Below are positions 18,998-29,015 of a stretch of DNA of 64,000 bases, in pieces. The notes below the pieces were generated by a model. It made no database searches. It had not been told where the DNA came from and was given only the letters and a program-made list of their open reading frames with translations. A program made the position numbers and the translations under genes. The stretch covers positions 21-64,020 of IMG/VR virus record IMGVR_UViG_3300047320_000196; one strand, given 5' to 3'. This DNA comes from a virus. Taxonomy: Duplodnaviria > Caudoviricetes. Every line of letters begins with the position of its first letter. The first letter of the stretch is position 1.

Positions 18998-19363
18998 TCA
19001 CATCGTTTCGGCGGCGCTCAGCATTGGCGCGGCCACAATCTCCGGGACCGGAGGTTGTGCTGGCCACGCGGGAGCCTGATACCAGGTTGGCTGAACCGTG
19101 ATCTTGCCCAGTGCGAATTTGTACGCCTTCCAGGCTTTCAGCGTGATGAGCAGTGAAGCCTGTTCGGCAACATCCTCATCAGTTGCCTCTCCCACTTCGA
19201 TGCCGAAGCTGATCGTGTCGACTCGATCCTGAATGCGGGCAATCTGCGACACTGCCGTGCTGTTGCGTGCAGCCAGTTCAGCCTTTGCCAGGGCCAGAGC
19301 CTCCGCAGCCAGAACAGCATCCTTCATCGCCTTGGTGACCAATTTGCTCCAATCGATATTCAT
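18998..19363 (-). CDS. Tail fibre assembly-like protein
   Basis: MNIDWSKL...WKAYK..L...WPAQP pattern, downstream of fibre. Confidence 0.7.
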   Translation of the reverse strand: MNIDWSKLVTKAMKDAVLAAEALALAKAELAARNSTAVSQIARIQDRVDTISFGIEVGEATDEDVAEQASLLITLKAWKAYKFALGKITVQPTWYQAPAWPAQPPVPEIVAAPMLSAAETM

Positions 19364-19689
19364 TTGGCGGTCTCCACGGCGACGGCAGGATCTGCCAATG
19401 GCTGGGGCAGGCTCACAACACCGTCAGGAACGTTGAGCAGCGGCTCCGGATATGCCTGCTCCGGGCTGAAATTGATCGGCAGCGGCAAGAAAATAGTCAG
19501 CGCCAGTTGGCCATCGACGCGATCGACCTGGCCCGCAAACCACTGCGAGCTGATCGCGGCCGCCGGCAAGGTGTCACCGTCGGCCAGCGGCGAGAAATCG
19601 AACACCTCACCATTGACCATCAGGGAATCGCCGCTCCGGATAAGACTCAGGGTGTTGTCACTCCGTATCGGACGCAATTCAATCCTCAT
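19360..19689 (-). CDS. Tail-fibre-associated hypothetical protein
   Basis: NGEVFDFSPL.DGDTLP motif; coupled to fibre gene. Confidence 0.7.
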   Translation of the reverse strand: MRIELRPIRSDNTLSLIRSGDSLMVNGEVFDFSPLADGDTLPAAAISSQWFAGQVDRVDGQLALTIFLPLPINFSPEQAYPEPLLNVPDGVVSLPQPLADPAVAVETAK

Positions 19690-20603
19690 CAGAACCACCT
19701 ACCAATTGCAAAAATATTGAATGACACGCTGGTTGTGACCGTCGACGCCGAAGGCGAGGCCAGGAACAGGCTAAACGTGTTTCCGTTTGTGGCATCTGCC
19801 AGAGGACACCACGCTGCGCGCCCCGCCGCTGACGGATCACGCACCTGAACGAAAAGCAACGGAGCAGCGGAGAATAAAGCAGGCATATTGCCGATGATTG
19901 GACCGGCAAACCGGTTCGCTGTAACAGAAGTCCAGCCTGGGGTGAGACTCAACGACTGCACTGTAATCATCAGCCCAGAGGCGAACTTCACCCATGATCC
20001 TGCGCTGCTCGATCCAGACTCAAAGATCGCGCCTGTGGGAACACCGCCACTCTGAGAGACCGTGCCTAGAATTGCGGCGATCGCTGCACTGCCCAGCCCA
20101 AGGCCAGTGCGGGCGTCTGCAGCATTCTTACCACCGGTGCCGCCCTGAGCGAGAGATAGAGCTGTAGTCAAGCCTGACAGGGATGTGATGTCGCCGTTGG
20201 CGCCCGACTTGGCCGCGCCTAAATTGACAAGTGCGTCCCCTGAGGTTGTTGCTCCGGTCCCCCCTTTCAGCACCGGCAGAACATCGTAATTACCGGTGGT
20301 GCCAAGTGTGGCGAGCTTTGCACCGAATTGATTGACCAATGCCCGAAGCGCATCGGCCGAGTCTTTCACATAGCCCTGCATTGGCGCCAAAGCATAAATG
20401 CCGGCGTTATTGGTTGCGCCCTGATAGTTCGGCGAGATCGAGAGCGCGGTGTCGCTCGCGATATTGGTCACTTCGTACCAGCCGCCGTCCGGGCCACGGA
20501 AGGCATCACCGACTCGGCTGTTGGCAATAAAAGAGGTGCCCGCGCCAATTACGGCATTGGAATTTTGGACGACAGAAACCGTCCCGGTTTTGTACCAGGG
20601 CAT
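19689..20603 (-). CDS. Tail fibre protein
   Basis: MPWYKTGTVSV N-terminus, GGTG repeats, GANGDITSLSGL, C-terminal AIGRWF. Confidence 0.85.
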   Translation of the reverse strand: MPWYKTGTVSVVQNSNAVIGAGTSFIANSRVGDAFRGPDGGWYEVTNIASDTALSISPNYQGATNNAGIYALAPMQGYVKDSADALRALVNQFGAKLATLGTTGNYDVLPVLKGGTGATTSGDALVNLGAAKSGANGDITSLSGLTTALSLAQGGTGGKNAADARTGLGLGSAAIAAILGTVSQSGGVPTGAIFESGSSSAGSWVKFASGLMITVQSLSLTPGWTSVTANRFAGPIIGNMPALFSAAPLLFVQVRDPSAAGRAAWCPLADATNGNTFSLFLASPSASTVTTSVSFNIFAIGRWF

Positions 20604-20629
20604 CGATTATCTCCAGAAAAGTTATAGGG

Positions 20630-21292
20630 TCAGGCCAGCAATTTGGCGCAGAGAAATGGCCGGTGGCCCTGATCGGTCCAAGCCGTGAAGGCAAGGCTGT
20701 ACATCATGATTCGGCCGTTCGCGTAATCGACCCCAAGAGCGCATCCACCGCCTACGCCATCGTTGTGACAGTTCATCGTGAAGGGATTCAGGGAGACGTA
20801 CTCCCCTGCCCCAAGGCTTTTATTTATGCCCCAAAAATACCGCCTACCAACGCCGAGCTCTTCTGTTCCGAGGTAAGTCCAATTGCCTGCAGCAAATGTC
20901 ACCACCACCGCTGGGGCGCCGCTGTCATAAACGAGCGCGCTATTTTGATCCCACAGGCGCATACCGTAAGAGGCCGTGCCCATCGATGCCCAAGCGGCCA
21001 CGAAATACTGACCGCTCAAGGTCTCATTAACCTTGGATGCATTCATGGCGAAACCGGTCCAGTTCCCAGGACCACCGGTAAACCAAACCGATATCGGCAC
21101 CTGAATCACTCCGGTTTGATCCGGACGGATGAATACCAAAGGAGGATCTTGACTGGTGACTGCTCTCGAAAAAACTCCGGAAGCAGTTGCAACACCCGAG
21201 TACGATCCTTTCGTTAGCAGGCAAAGCCTCGGAGCTTCCGAGTCGATCTGAACAAACGAGTTGTCGTTTAAGCTCTGAAATCCATATGTCAT
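20630..21292 (-). CDS. Tail tip accessory protein
   Basis: YG...N...QIDSE and YGMRLWD...YDSG repeats; downstream of J. Confidence 0.7.
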   Translation of the reverse strand: MTYGFQSLNDNSFVQIDSEAPRLCLLTKGSYSGVATASGVFSRAVTSQDPPLVFIRPDQTGVIQVPISVWFTGGPGNWTGFAMNASKVNETLSGQYFVAAWASMGTASYGMRLWDQNSALVYDSGAPAVVVTFAAGNWTYLGTEELGVGRRYFWGINKSLGAGEYVSLNPFTMNCHNDGVGGGCALGVDYANGRIMMYSLAFTAWTDQGHRPFLCAKLLA

Positions 21293-21642
21293 GTCGAATA
21301 CCTGATTGCATAGCCCTTTGCGACAACCCTTGACCCGACCGTTGAAGCGCTCGCCGATGGATTTTTGTTCCTCACAACTACTTGCCCAACTGAAGGCGTG
21401 ACGTATGGATAAGACTTACTGTTTCCAGATCCGTCAGTTTCAGATGACTGAACGTCCTGAAGCCGGATTGGGATGATCATGAACACGCAGTTGACCGGGT
21501 TGAAACCCGGGATGTTCAGCGTGTAGCTGGGCGTAGTACCGCTGAAGTCGATCACCCCTTGCCACAGTACCTGGTAGGTAAACGAGTTGGTGTCCATGCC
21601 AAGATTGCCATTCTCGTCCCAGACTCTGGATCCATAAGTCAT
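21289..21642 (-). CDS. Tail tip accessory protein
   Basis: MTYGSRVWDENG; coupled to J. Confidence 0.7.
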   Translation of the reverse strand: MTYGSRVWDENGNLGMDTNSFTYQVLWQGVIDFSGTTPSYTLNIPGFNPVNCVFMIIPIRLQDVQSSETDGSGNSKSYPYVTPSVGQVVVRNKNPSASASTVGSRVVAKGYAIRYST

Positions 21643-24600
21643 GCGTCGAGATCTCCAAGCTGCACCCGTTTTACACCGTTCTGATCGAACACCTTGATGG
21701 CCCTGTTCGTCATCGTTAGTCGCCCGCCACCCGGCGCCGGGCCGTTGAACTCAAGGTTTCCCGCTTTATCCAGACGCCAGCCCTGCGAACCGGCAACGTA
21801 GTTGTCAGATTGCAGGTACTGACCGATTTTCAGCATCGTGATGCTGCCGTCCTGGATGAACGCCGAGTTCATGAACACCTGCCCACCCTGAACCGCAAAC
21901 GGCACCGAGATGGCACCGCCGGCAATCGTATTGACGATGGCGAACCGGTCAGCTGCGACGAGAAACTGGCTTTGCAAACCGGCCGGGCCGTTCTCGATGC
22001 CGAGCCCAATGCCGGCGGCGATGTACTGACCTGTGCCTGAGTTGTACTGCATCTTCACCGACCAACTTGCGGTGATCTTTCCATTCACGTCGTTGACGAT
22101 CGACGTGTTCTGTTCAATCGCCGTTTGTTGGTTTCCGACAGTGGTGCTCAGCTGGCTCAACTGCTGGGCAGTGGCTTGCTGATTTGTAACCACCACCTGC
22201 TCCAGCTCAGTGATGTTCGCAGCGTTCTCGCCGATTTTCGCGTCGAAGGTGGTGATGCGCTGAGCCATTGCCTCATCTTCAGATGCTCTGACTTTGCTTT
22301 CCGACGCGATCGAGGCAGTGCTCCCCCACTCCTTGAGTGCACCATCCAGGTCTCCCTGGCCATCATCGTCCCGGGAGGACGCACGCAAGGCTTCAAACGC
22401 CGTCGCCTGCGCCGTTACCACCCCGTCCAGCTCGGTTATTTCTGCGGTATTGGTCGCCACCTGCTGGGCAAGCCCATTGACGGTTTCCACCGTCTGCCCT
22501 ACGTCGAGCCAATAAGCTGGATTAGGCGGTGGAGTATCGACCGGCACCGGACCGGTAGCCTGATAAATGCGCTTGCCCTGCACCACCAAGTCGTACTCTT
22601 CGTAGGTGGCTTCAGGGTCGTAACCCTTCAATCCGTCGAGCGCATCGATCTGAGCCTGAAGGCCGGGGATCTTGTCGATTTCGTCGAGAAGGTCCTGACC
22701 CAGTTCCGTGCGGCCGATCTCGCCGGCGATCATCTCCAGAATTGCCGCCGCGTCCGCGCTCGATTGCCCCTGCACACCCATACCGATCGGATACCACGGC
22801 CCGATGTTGCCGATTTTGTCGACGATCCGGCCCCAGAAGTAGAACGTCACGCCAGCGCGCAGGCCGAGCATGGAGAAGTCACTCTGCGGATAAGCCAAGT
22901 CTGTCAGCTTCGTGGCCGCATCAAGCTGCGTCGTGGGTCCATACCAGATCTCTGTCCGCTGGCTGTCCTCAGCGCCAGCAGGGAAGCCCCACTTGAGATA
23001 AATGCCGAACAGCAACGGCGTTGCGGTCAGGAACGCCAGCGCTGGCGGCAATCCCTGCTTCCCGCTGAGGTTGGTCAGAATTGAGTTGCGCCACTGCGAC
23101 GAGATGTCGAACGCACTCACCGCGCGCACCCGGGCCACGTAGCCGCCAGCGTAAATGCCGACCACGTCCACGTTGGTCATGCCGGTGCGCTGCACCTTGA
23201 TCCAGTTGCCGCTGTCCTTGCGCCACTCCACGTCATAACCGACTGCGCCGTCCACGGCGGGCCAACTGATCGTCATGGTGGCCACGGCCAAGCCCTGGAC
23301 CACCGAAGACGTCGACGCGAGGGACACGCTCGCCGGCGCCGGTACGACGGTGATCGGAATCACACTGATTGGCCGCTCTTCAAGGCGAGCACCGGTGTCG
23401 ATGTGCGCGAACTTGCTCGGCTCGAACTGCAGCGCGCTGATCTCGAAGTCGCCCTCGGTAGTGCGCTTGGTGCGCAGCACACGGTACAGCGGGATCGCCA
23501 AATCATCGGCGTCGAGCGCCCATTGCAATTGCGCAACCGGTGGCTCGCTGTATGCGACAGTCACCGTCACGGCGCGGCCATTGACGCTCTGCACGGTGCG
23601 GCCCTCGGCGCGGCCGCCCGGCAGGTTGATGATCAACCGATCACCAGCCTTGGCTTGGGTGTCGCGATCGAGCGTAACGACGCGGCCAGCAGCTGACGAG
23701 ATCCGCCCGCCAACTTCCCGACCGGCCAGCAACGAGTCAGCAACCGGGATGATGTGACCAGGCAGCGGAATCACGCCCTCCATGCCGGTCTTGAACGACA
23801 CGGTGCGGTCTTGGTTGTTGCTCAAGATCGCCCACTTGCCGCGACGCTGGGCCTCGGAGGCGCGGGTGCAGCCAATGGCGCTCAGCTCTGTCGGGCGGTC
23901 GCCGTAGCGACGCTGCAGATCCAGGTCAGCGAACGGAATGACGTCGGTGTCGTAGTTGTTCGCCGGGTTGTCGTAGCTGACCAGTGCTCGGGTGTACCGT
24001 GTCTTCGCCGAGGCGCTGCCATACGAGAACTTGCCGTCGATGACATTGGCCCGGGTGAAGACGTAATCGAAGTCCTGCGCGCGCGGCATATCGGCCTGCA
24101 TCACCAGTTGGCCCTGAGCCCAGTACGTCATGCCCCGGTAACTGCCGGTGATATCGCGCAGCAAAGACCAGGCATCGGCCTTGCCCTGCAAATTCAGGTC
24201 ATAAAGGAATCGTGGCTCGGTACCACCCAAACCGTTCGTCACTAACTGGTCGCAATACTGGGCAATTCGGTAGAGCTCCCATTTATCGACCATCCACGGC
24301 TTGATGCGCTTGCCCAAGCCAAACATATCGTTTGTGCAGATGCCGTAAGTGATCCACGCCGGGTTGTTGGTCCAGGCCGATTTCATCGAGCCGTCCCACG
24401 TACCGGTATAGGTGCGCTGGATCGGGTCGTAGTTGCTCGGCACCATCCAGCGCCGGGCTTTGCACTTCACCGTCACCGCCGGAATGTTGGTGAACTGTTC
24501 GGCGTCGAATTCGATGTAGAGCAGCGCGGTGTTCGGGTAGCGCAGCTTGGCATCGATCACTTCCGTGTAGCCGGCCACCAGCATCGTATCGGCAACCTTG

Positions 24601-25208
24601 TTGCTGTTCTGGTTCGGCGTCAGGCGGCGCACGCGGATCTGCCAGCCCGTGGTGGCGGTCGGTAGGTCGATACGCCGCGAACGCTCGTAGCGCGTGGTGG
24701 TCTTGCCGTCGACAGCGTCCACCAGTACCTGCTGATAGGCGCCGCCATCGGTGGCGACGTCGATCGCGTACTCGATACGGTAGCCGCCGACATTGCCTTC
24801 ATCATCGGACCGTTGCAGCGCCGGCCACGCCAGGCGCATGCGCACCGCCGACAACTGGGTGTTGCTGATCGAGCGCACCCACGGCGCATCACTGCGCAAC
24901 TCGATGTTCAGCGAGGTTTCATTCTCCACCGACGGGATGCCCGGGATATAGGTCTGATCTACCGAGCCCGGGCGCCAGTCCCACTTCACGTTCGGGAAGT
25001 TGTAGTTGCCGCTGGCATCGCGGATCGGCGTGTTGTCCAGGTAGATGTCGTAGTCGGTCGGAATGCCGTCGAACTCCCCCTCGCCCACGGCGATCAGCAG
25101 TTTTGCAAGGTTGGTCGAGCGCAGGCTGTCGCTGGCTTCGACCGGCGACTTCGGCTTGCTGCTGCCGCCCTTCTCGCCGTAAATCTCGATCTGTTCCGCT
25201 GCGCCCAT
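21639..25208 (-). CDS. Central tail fibre / host specificity protein J
   Basis: 1189 aa; GEGEF, YPNTAL, WTNNPAW, FN3-like region, SQFLVAADRFA. Confidence 0.95.
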   Translation of the reverse strand: MGAAEQIEIYGEKGGSSKPKSPVEASDSLRSTNLAKLLIAVGEGEFDGIPTDYDIYLDNTPIRDASGNYNFPNVKWDWRPGSVDQTYIPGIPSVENETSLNIELRSDAPWVRSISNTQLSAVRMRLAWPALQRSDDEGNVGGYRIEYAIDVATDGGAYQQVLVDAVDGKTTTRYERSRRIDLPTATTGWQIRVRRLTPNQNSNKVADTMLVAGYTEVIDAKLRYPNTALLYIEFDAEQFTNIPAVTVKCKARRWMVPSNYDPIQRTYTGTWDGSMKSAWTNNPAWITYGICTNDMFGLGKRIKPWMVDKWELYRIAQYCDQLVTNGLGGTEPRFLYDLNLQGKADAWSLLRDITGSYRGMTYWAQGQLVMQADMPRAQDFDYVFTRANVIDGKFSYGSASAKTRYTRALVSYDNPANNYDTDVIPFADLDLQRRYGDRPTELSAIGCTRASEAQRRGKWAILSNNQDRTVSFKTGMEGVIPLPGHIIPVADSLLAGREVGGRISSAAGRVVTLDRDTQAKAGDRLIINLPGGRAEGRTVQSVNGRAVTVTVAYSEPPVAQLQWALDADDLAIPLYRVLRTKRTTEGDFEISALQFEPSKFAHIDTGARLEERPISVIPITVVPAPASVSLASTSSVVQGLAVATMTISWPAVDGAVGYDVEWRKDSGNWIKVQRTGMTNVDVVGIYAGGYVARVRAVSAFDISSQWRNSILTNLSGKQGLPPALAFLTATPLLFGIYLKWGFPAGAEDSQRTEIWYGPTTQLDAATKLTDLAYPQSDFSMLGLRAGVTFYFWGRIVDKIGNIGPWYPIGMGVQGQSSADAAAILEMIAGEIGRTELGQDLLDEIDKIPGLQAQIDALDGLKGYDPEATYEEYDLVVQGKRIYQATGPVPVDTPPPNPAYWLDVGQTVETVNGLAQQVATNTAEITELDGVVTAQATAFEALRASSRDDDGQGDLDGALKEWGSTASIASESKVRASEDEAMAQRITTFDAKIGENAANITELEQVVVTNQQATAQQLSQLSTTVGNQQTAIEQNTSIVNDVNGKITASWSVKMQYNSGTGQYIAAGIGLGIENGPAGLQSQFLVAADRFAIVNTIAGGAISVPFAVQGGQVFMNSAFIQDGSITMLKIGQYLQSDNYVAGSQGWRLDKAGNLEFNGPAPGGGRLTMTNRAIKVFDQNGVKRVQLGDLDA

Positions 25209-25266
25209 GCTTTCCTCCAGGCATAAAAAAACCGCCTCACGGGCGGTTGGTGTGCTGCTGTCTTGC

Positions 25267-25875
25267 TTACACTTTGTCTTCGGCCAGAATCGAGGCCGAG
25301 ATGATCATCCCACCCCACCGGCGTTCGCCGATGCAGATCGGAACCGGGTTACCGCTGGCCGTGGTGTTCTTGGCGCTGCCGAAGGCGTAGGACGGGGCGT
25401 TTTCAGGGGATGCGCTTTGCTTCAGGCCTGAGGCTTGGGGGCTGAGCATTTGAATCATGCCGCCAATCGCCATCGACGCACCGGCCGCATACAAAAAAGG
25501 TGATGCGGCGGCAAACGGAGTGAAAGACAGCACATACGCTGCGGCGATCATGACTGTGCCGACGATTGTCTGTAACCCACCGGCACGCTTGCTGCCACCA
25601 ATCACTGGAACAATGCGGATTTCCCGCGTGCCGCCGAGATCGAATCCGTCCATCCCAATGTTCGCGCGGTTCCGGAAAATCGCAAACTTCAGCCCAAGGC
25701 GCTCCAGCCGCTTAATTTCCTCGGCGAAGCCATGAGTCGTCGCATTGAGCGCGCGGAAAACCTCCCCGGCCGACCCGCCGTCGAGAAGGAATTGCTTGCT
25801 TCGAAAGAACTTCTTAGCGAGCGAACCGGACAGCATCACTTTCGTCATCGGTGTGTAGGTAATTGCTAAGCACAT
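25267..25875 (-). CDS. Tail assembly protein I
   Basis: IRIVPVIGGSK, NTTASGNPVP, GGMIISA. Confidence 0.9.
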   Translation of the reverse strand: MCLAITYTPMTKVMLSGSLAKKFFRSKQFLLDGGSAGEVFRALNATTHGFAEEIKRLERLGLKFAIFRNRANIGMDGFDLGGTREIRIVPVIGGSKRAGGLQTIVGTVMIAAAYVLSFTPFAAASPFLYAAGASMAIGGMIQMLSPQASGLKQSASPENAPSYAFGSAKNTTASGNPVPICIGERRWGGMIISASILAEDKV

Positions 25876-25917
25876 GCCATTCTCCAAGCAATAAAAAACC
25901 GCCCGGAGGCGGTCTGT

Positions 25918-26340
25918 TCAAAGGGTCGTTGGCAGTATGTCGATCTGCCCATCGCCCCCGGTGAAAACTCGATATTTCTTGATCGCGCCGTCTTTCACGA
26001 TCGCTTCCCGCTCCACTCGCGCAGCCCCCATGGAGCAGATGCCAGAGCCGGTGTAAGCCGCGCCAACTGAAACTGAATCAGGCGGCAGATAGAACGATGC
26101 CTTCTGGCCCGGCTCGAGCTTGGCGGCCTGTTTGCCATCGATAAAAACCGCCATCGCGCAAAGGCTTCCGGTCTGCCCAGAGTCACGGATCACTTGCAGT
26201 GTGCCATATGCCCCTGACGGCTTGACCTGGTATGCCGACAGCTGACTAGCCGGCGCCTGCTTGGCCTCACTGGAAGGCGTTGGCGAAGTCGCACACCCCG
26301 CCAACAGCGCTACCGCCAGCGCTCCTGCGATCAATTTCAT
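25918..26340 (-). CDS. Phage lipoprotein
   Basis: Lipobox LLAGC; lies between K and I. Confidence 0.75.
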   Translation of the reverse strand: MKLIAGALAVALLAGCATSPTPSSEAKQAPASQLSAYQVKPSGAYGTLQVIRDSGQTGSLCAMAVFIDGKQAAKLEPGQKASFYLPPDSVSVGAAYTGSGICSMGAARVEREAIVKDGAIKKYRVFTGGDGQIDILPTTL

Positions 26341-26588
26341 GTCGTTCCCTCATTGAGATTTAGGTGGACTTTATCACCTACTAGTAGGCAACACGAAAGC
26401 TCCATGAGCGAGACAAATTAGTTCAAGAGATTTTATCACTGCGATACCCCCTCAATGAAGGAACATTGCACTGTTATCAGCCAATACCTTGCCTAACCAT
26501 TAACCAGTCGGTCTATACCCCTCCTCGCCGTGCTGAATACTGCTTATGCACACTACCTCATGGCGGGGGGATGAATATCTTCTGTGGA

Positions 26589-27149
26589 TCATCCGCGCAT
26601 CTCTTTCAAGTGTTCTATTAGTGCTCTCATGATGCTTAAGAACCAGCTTTTATCAAATGAGTATTCTGAGCGAGCAGCCAATACATTAATTGCTTCTGGG
26701 GTTGTACTGCTATTCTTCCAGATGGGTAATTCTCTAAGTGCAAGTCCGTAAGAGACGAAACCGACCTGAGCCAACTCTTCGTCGTCGGTAGCCCCTTGAA
26801 GTATATTTATATTAATATCTCTAACAAGAGCTTCCGCATACCCATCGTGAACTTCAGCAAAAGTTGCATGAAACCCTCCCTCAAATGATATTGTCCATAT
26901 TGTTTCATCATCAATGTAGTTGCGAGCATTTACACCAGTTTCTTGACGAAACTCCTCAAATGCCGCTAGCTCTGCAGAATCAGCCACTTCCTTGCCTCCT
27001 GGAAACACGAGCTGACCGCCATAATTCAGATAACTACCGTTATTATATGTAAAGCCTTTAAATCTGAATCCTACGATTTTTTTGAACGCAACCAATACCG
27101 AGCCGCTATTAAAATCATAAATTACCATATAGGAATGAAATTTAGCCAT
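26589..27149 (-). CDS. Moron: Nudix-family hydrolase with variant box
   Basis: FPGGKEVADSAELAAFEEFRQETGV; AT-rich; AAGGAG RBS. Confidence 0.7.
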   Translation of the reverse strand: MAKFHSYMVIYDFNSGSVLVAFKKIVGFRFKGFTYNNGSYLNYGGQLVFPGGKEVADSAELAAFEEFRQETGVNARNYIDDETIWTISFEGGFHATFAEVHDGYAEALVRDININILQGATDDEELAQVGFVSYGLALRELPIWKNSSTTPEAINVLAARSEYSFDKSWFLSIMRALIEHLKEMRG

Positions 27150-27547
27150 TTCTGTATTGCTCCTTGTATTTTCTTCCTATTTACACCAAACCATTAGGAG
27201 GCCGGAAATGTTGCCAGATCAAAATTTAGGCTCGTTAGTGTGACCTATTCGATATGTGCAATAGGTATAGTCAAGGGACTGATTATTTCAACCCACGACA
27301 TCAGAACAGTGTAAAAAGCCAGTTATTTTTATCGTTAAGGGCCCGACATTCTGAATGGTTCCGAATGGGTGGGCGTCACAATCGGCAGTCGTGGACTCTT
27401 AGAAGTCATTGACCGGCATGCACGAACATATCGCCCCCTCTCCTGTACGAATCCCCAGTAACGCCCCGCCTACCTCCGATAGTAGCCTCTTGCCCTCACG
27501 GAAAGACTGCATGCCTAGAGCAGTGCAAGCAAATGGGGATAACCGAA

Positions 27548-27802
27548 ATGTCCGTTAGAGATGAAATGCTTGATGAGTTTGAGGCCCAAGACGGCGTGAA
27601 TTGCGCCATTTTAGAAGTTCTGAAGAGAGTTTCTTCCATCGTGGCGTTGAGACTGCCGCCAGATTTGCGGGCCGATTTTCACGAAATGCTTGAGAGCATA
27701 CCTACACAATTTGAACCTTTCCGGGAAATGCCTGTGAATGCTCAAGAAGCATTCACTCACGTAGTCAGCTCAATCTCAGACACTGTCAAAGAGGTGCTCT
27801 GA
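27548..27802 (+). CDS. Hypothetical protein antisense to tail operon
   Basis: 84-aa helical ORF, GGGGA upstream. Confidence 0.55.
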   Translation: MSVRDEMLDEFEAQDGVNCAILEVLKRVSSIVALRLPPDLRADFHEMLESIPTQFEPFREMPVNAQEAFTHVVSSISDTVKEVL

Positions 27803-27894
27803 CACAGTCGAAGGATTCCCCAGTCCTTTGCCTGCAAGCCCAAGGACTGGGATTGCGCCAATTTCGGCGCGCTTATGACCTAGGAGGTCAAAAA

Positions 27895-28125
27895 ATGCAA
27901 ACCATTGATCAGCGCGTAGTTGTGCTTGAACAAGCGGCTAATACCATTTCTGCGGTAACCATCAACGCATTGCTAGCCATCATCACTTCAATATCTAAGC
28001 TCGAGTCTTTGGACAAGCAAGCTTTGAAAGCTGAACTGGAAAGCTTGAAAGCCGTCCATGTGCAAAACGGCAATCAGGCTCAATACTCCGATATCATTTC
28101 CCTACTTCAGCAGCGAATTTCCTGA
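27895..28125 (+). CDS. Hypothetical protein antisense to tail operon
   Basis: AGGAGG RBS; strong hairpin upstream. Confidence 0.65.
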   Translation: MQTIDQRVVVLEQAANTISAVTINALLAIITSISKLESLDKQALKAELESLKAVHVQNGNQAQYSDIISLLQQRIS

Positions 28126-28249
28126 CCGCGTGATTGGCGTCAGCACGTTTGCTGGCGCCAATCCAAGCCCCAAACCAGCAATAACCTTCCTTCCGTCGTT
28201 CATAATCACAATTTGCAGTTGCATTCTTTACTCCCGCGGACTGGCCGCA

Positions 28250-29014
28250 TCAAGTGGTTATTTGTGCGCTTCTGTGCCTGAGGATCAGGCGCGTGCGGTC
28301 TAGCCACGGCCCGCCGAACACGATCACTTCAGACGGTCTTCCATACAGGTGATGCAACAGAAACGGGCCGGGGCCGAAGGTCGCTGCGTCCTCGCCGGGC
28401 AGTGCCGAATCGGCGCCGAGGAAGATCCCTGCGTGGTTCGGGCAAACCGTCCGCCCTACTTCCATCACGATCATGTCGCCGCGCTGCGGTTGATCGACCC
28501 TATAGAAGCCGGCGGCCTCGTAGTTCGCCTCGTAAAGGCTGGTATTGTCCTTGCTCTCCCACCAGCCATCGACGCGCTTGAAGGCTTCGAACTCCAGCCC
28601 CCATTCGCGTTTGTACCAGTCGGCGCAGACTTGCCAGCAGTCCCAGGCGCCGTGTACGAATGGACGCTTCAACAGCGGCACATCACCGGAAGGCATCACG
28701 GTGCGCAGGTCGCCCTCGGGCCAGCTGATGATGTGCCACGGTATGGCCGTCGCTTCACACATGGCCAGGTCGCGCGGTGACGGCCGGCTGGTTGCGTCAG
28801 GATGCGAATGCACCACGCCGATAACTTCGCCGATGTCCTCCGCTGCCGCGTATTCCTCCGGGTCGATTCGAAACTCCTCGTTCGGCTCGGTAGACACGTT
28901 GCGGCACGGGTAATACTGCTGCTTGCGGCCCACAGCCAGCAGCAGGCCGCAGCACTCTTTCGGGTACTCGGCCGCCGCGTGCGCCTGGATCGCATTCAAA
29001 ATGTGTTTACGCAT
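28250..29014 (-). CDS. Tail assembly protein K (JAB + NlpC/P60)
   Basis: ECCG, HSHPD, DCW, NHAG. Confidence 0.93.
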   Translation of the reverse strand: MRKHILNAIQAHAAAEYPKECCGLLLAVGRKQQYYPCRNVSTEPNEEFRIDPEEYAAAEDIGEVIGVVHSHPDATSRPSPRDLAMCEATAIPWHIISWPEGDLRTVMPSGDVPLLKRPFVHGAWDCWQVCADWYKREWGLEFEAFKRVDGWWESKDNTSLYEANYEAAGFYRVDQPQRGDMIVMEVGRTVCPNHAGIFLGADSALPGEDAATFGPGPFLLHHLYGRPSEVIVFGGPWLDRTRLILRHRSAQITT

Positions 29015-29015
29015 A

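Noticed and set aside
19689-25208. DGR or invertible tail-fibre switch
   Set aside because: No reverse transcriptase, invertase or template/variable repeat pair seen
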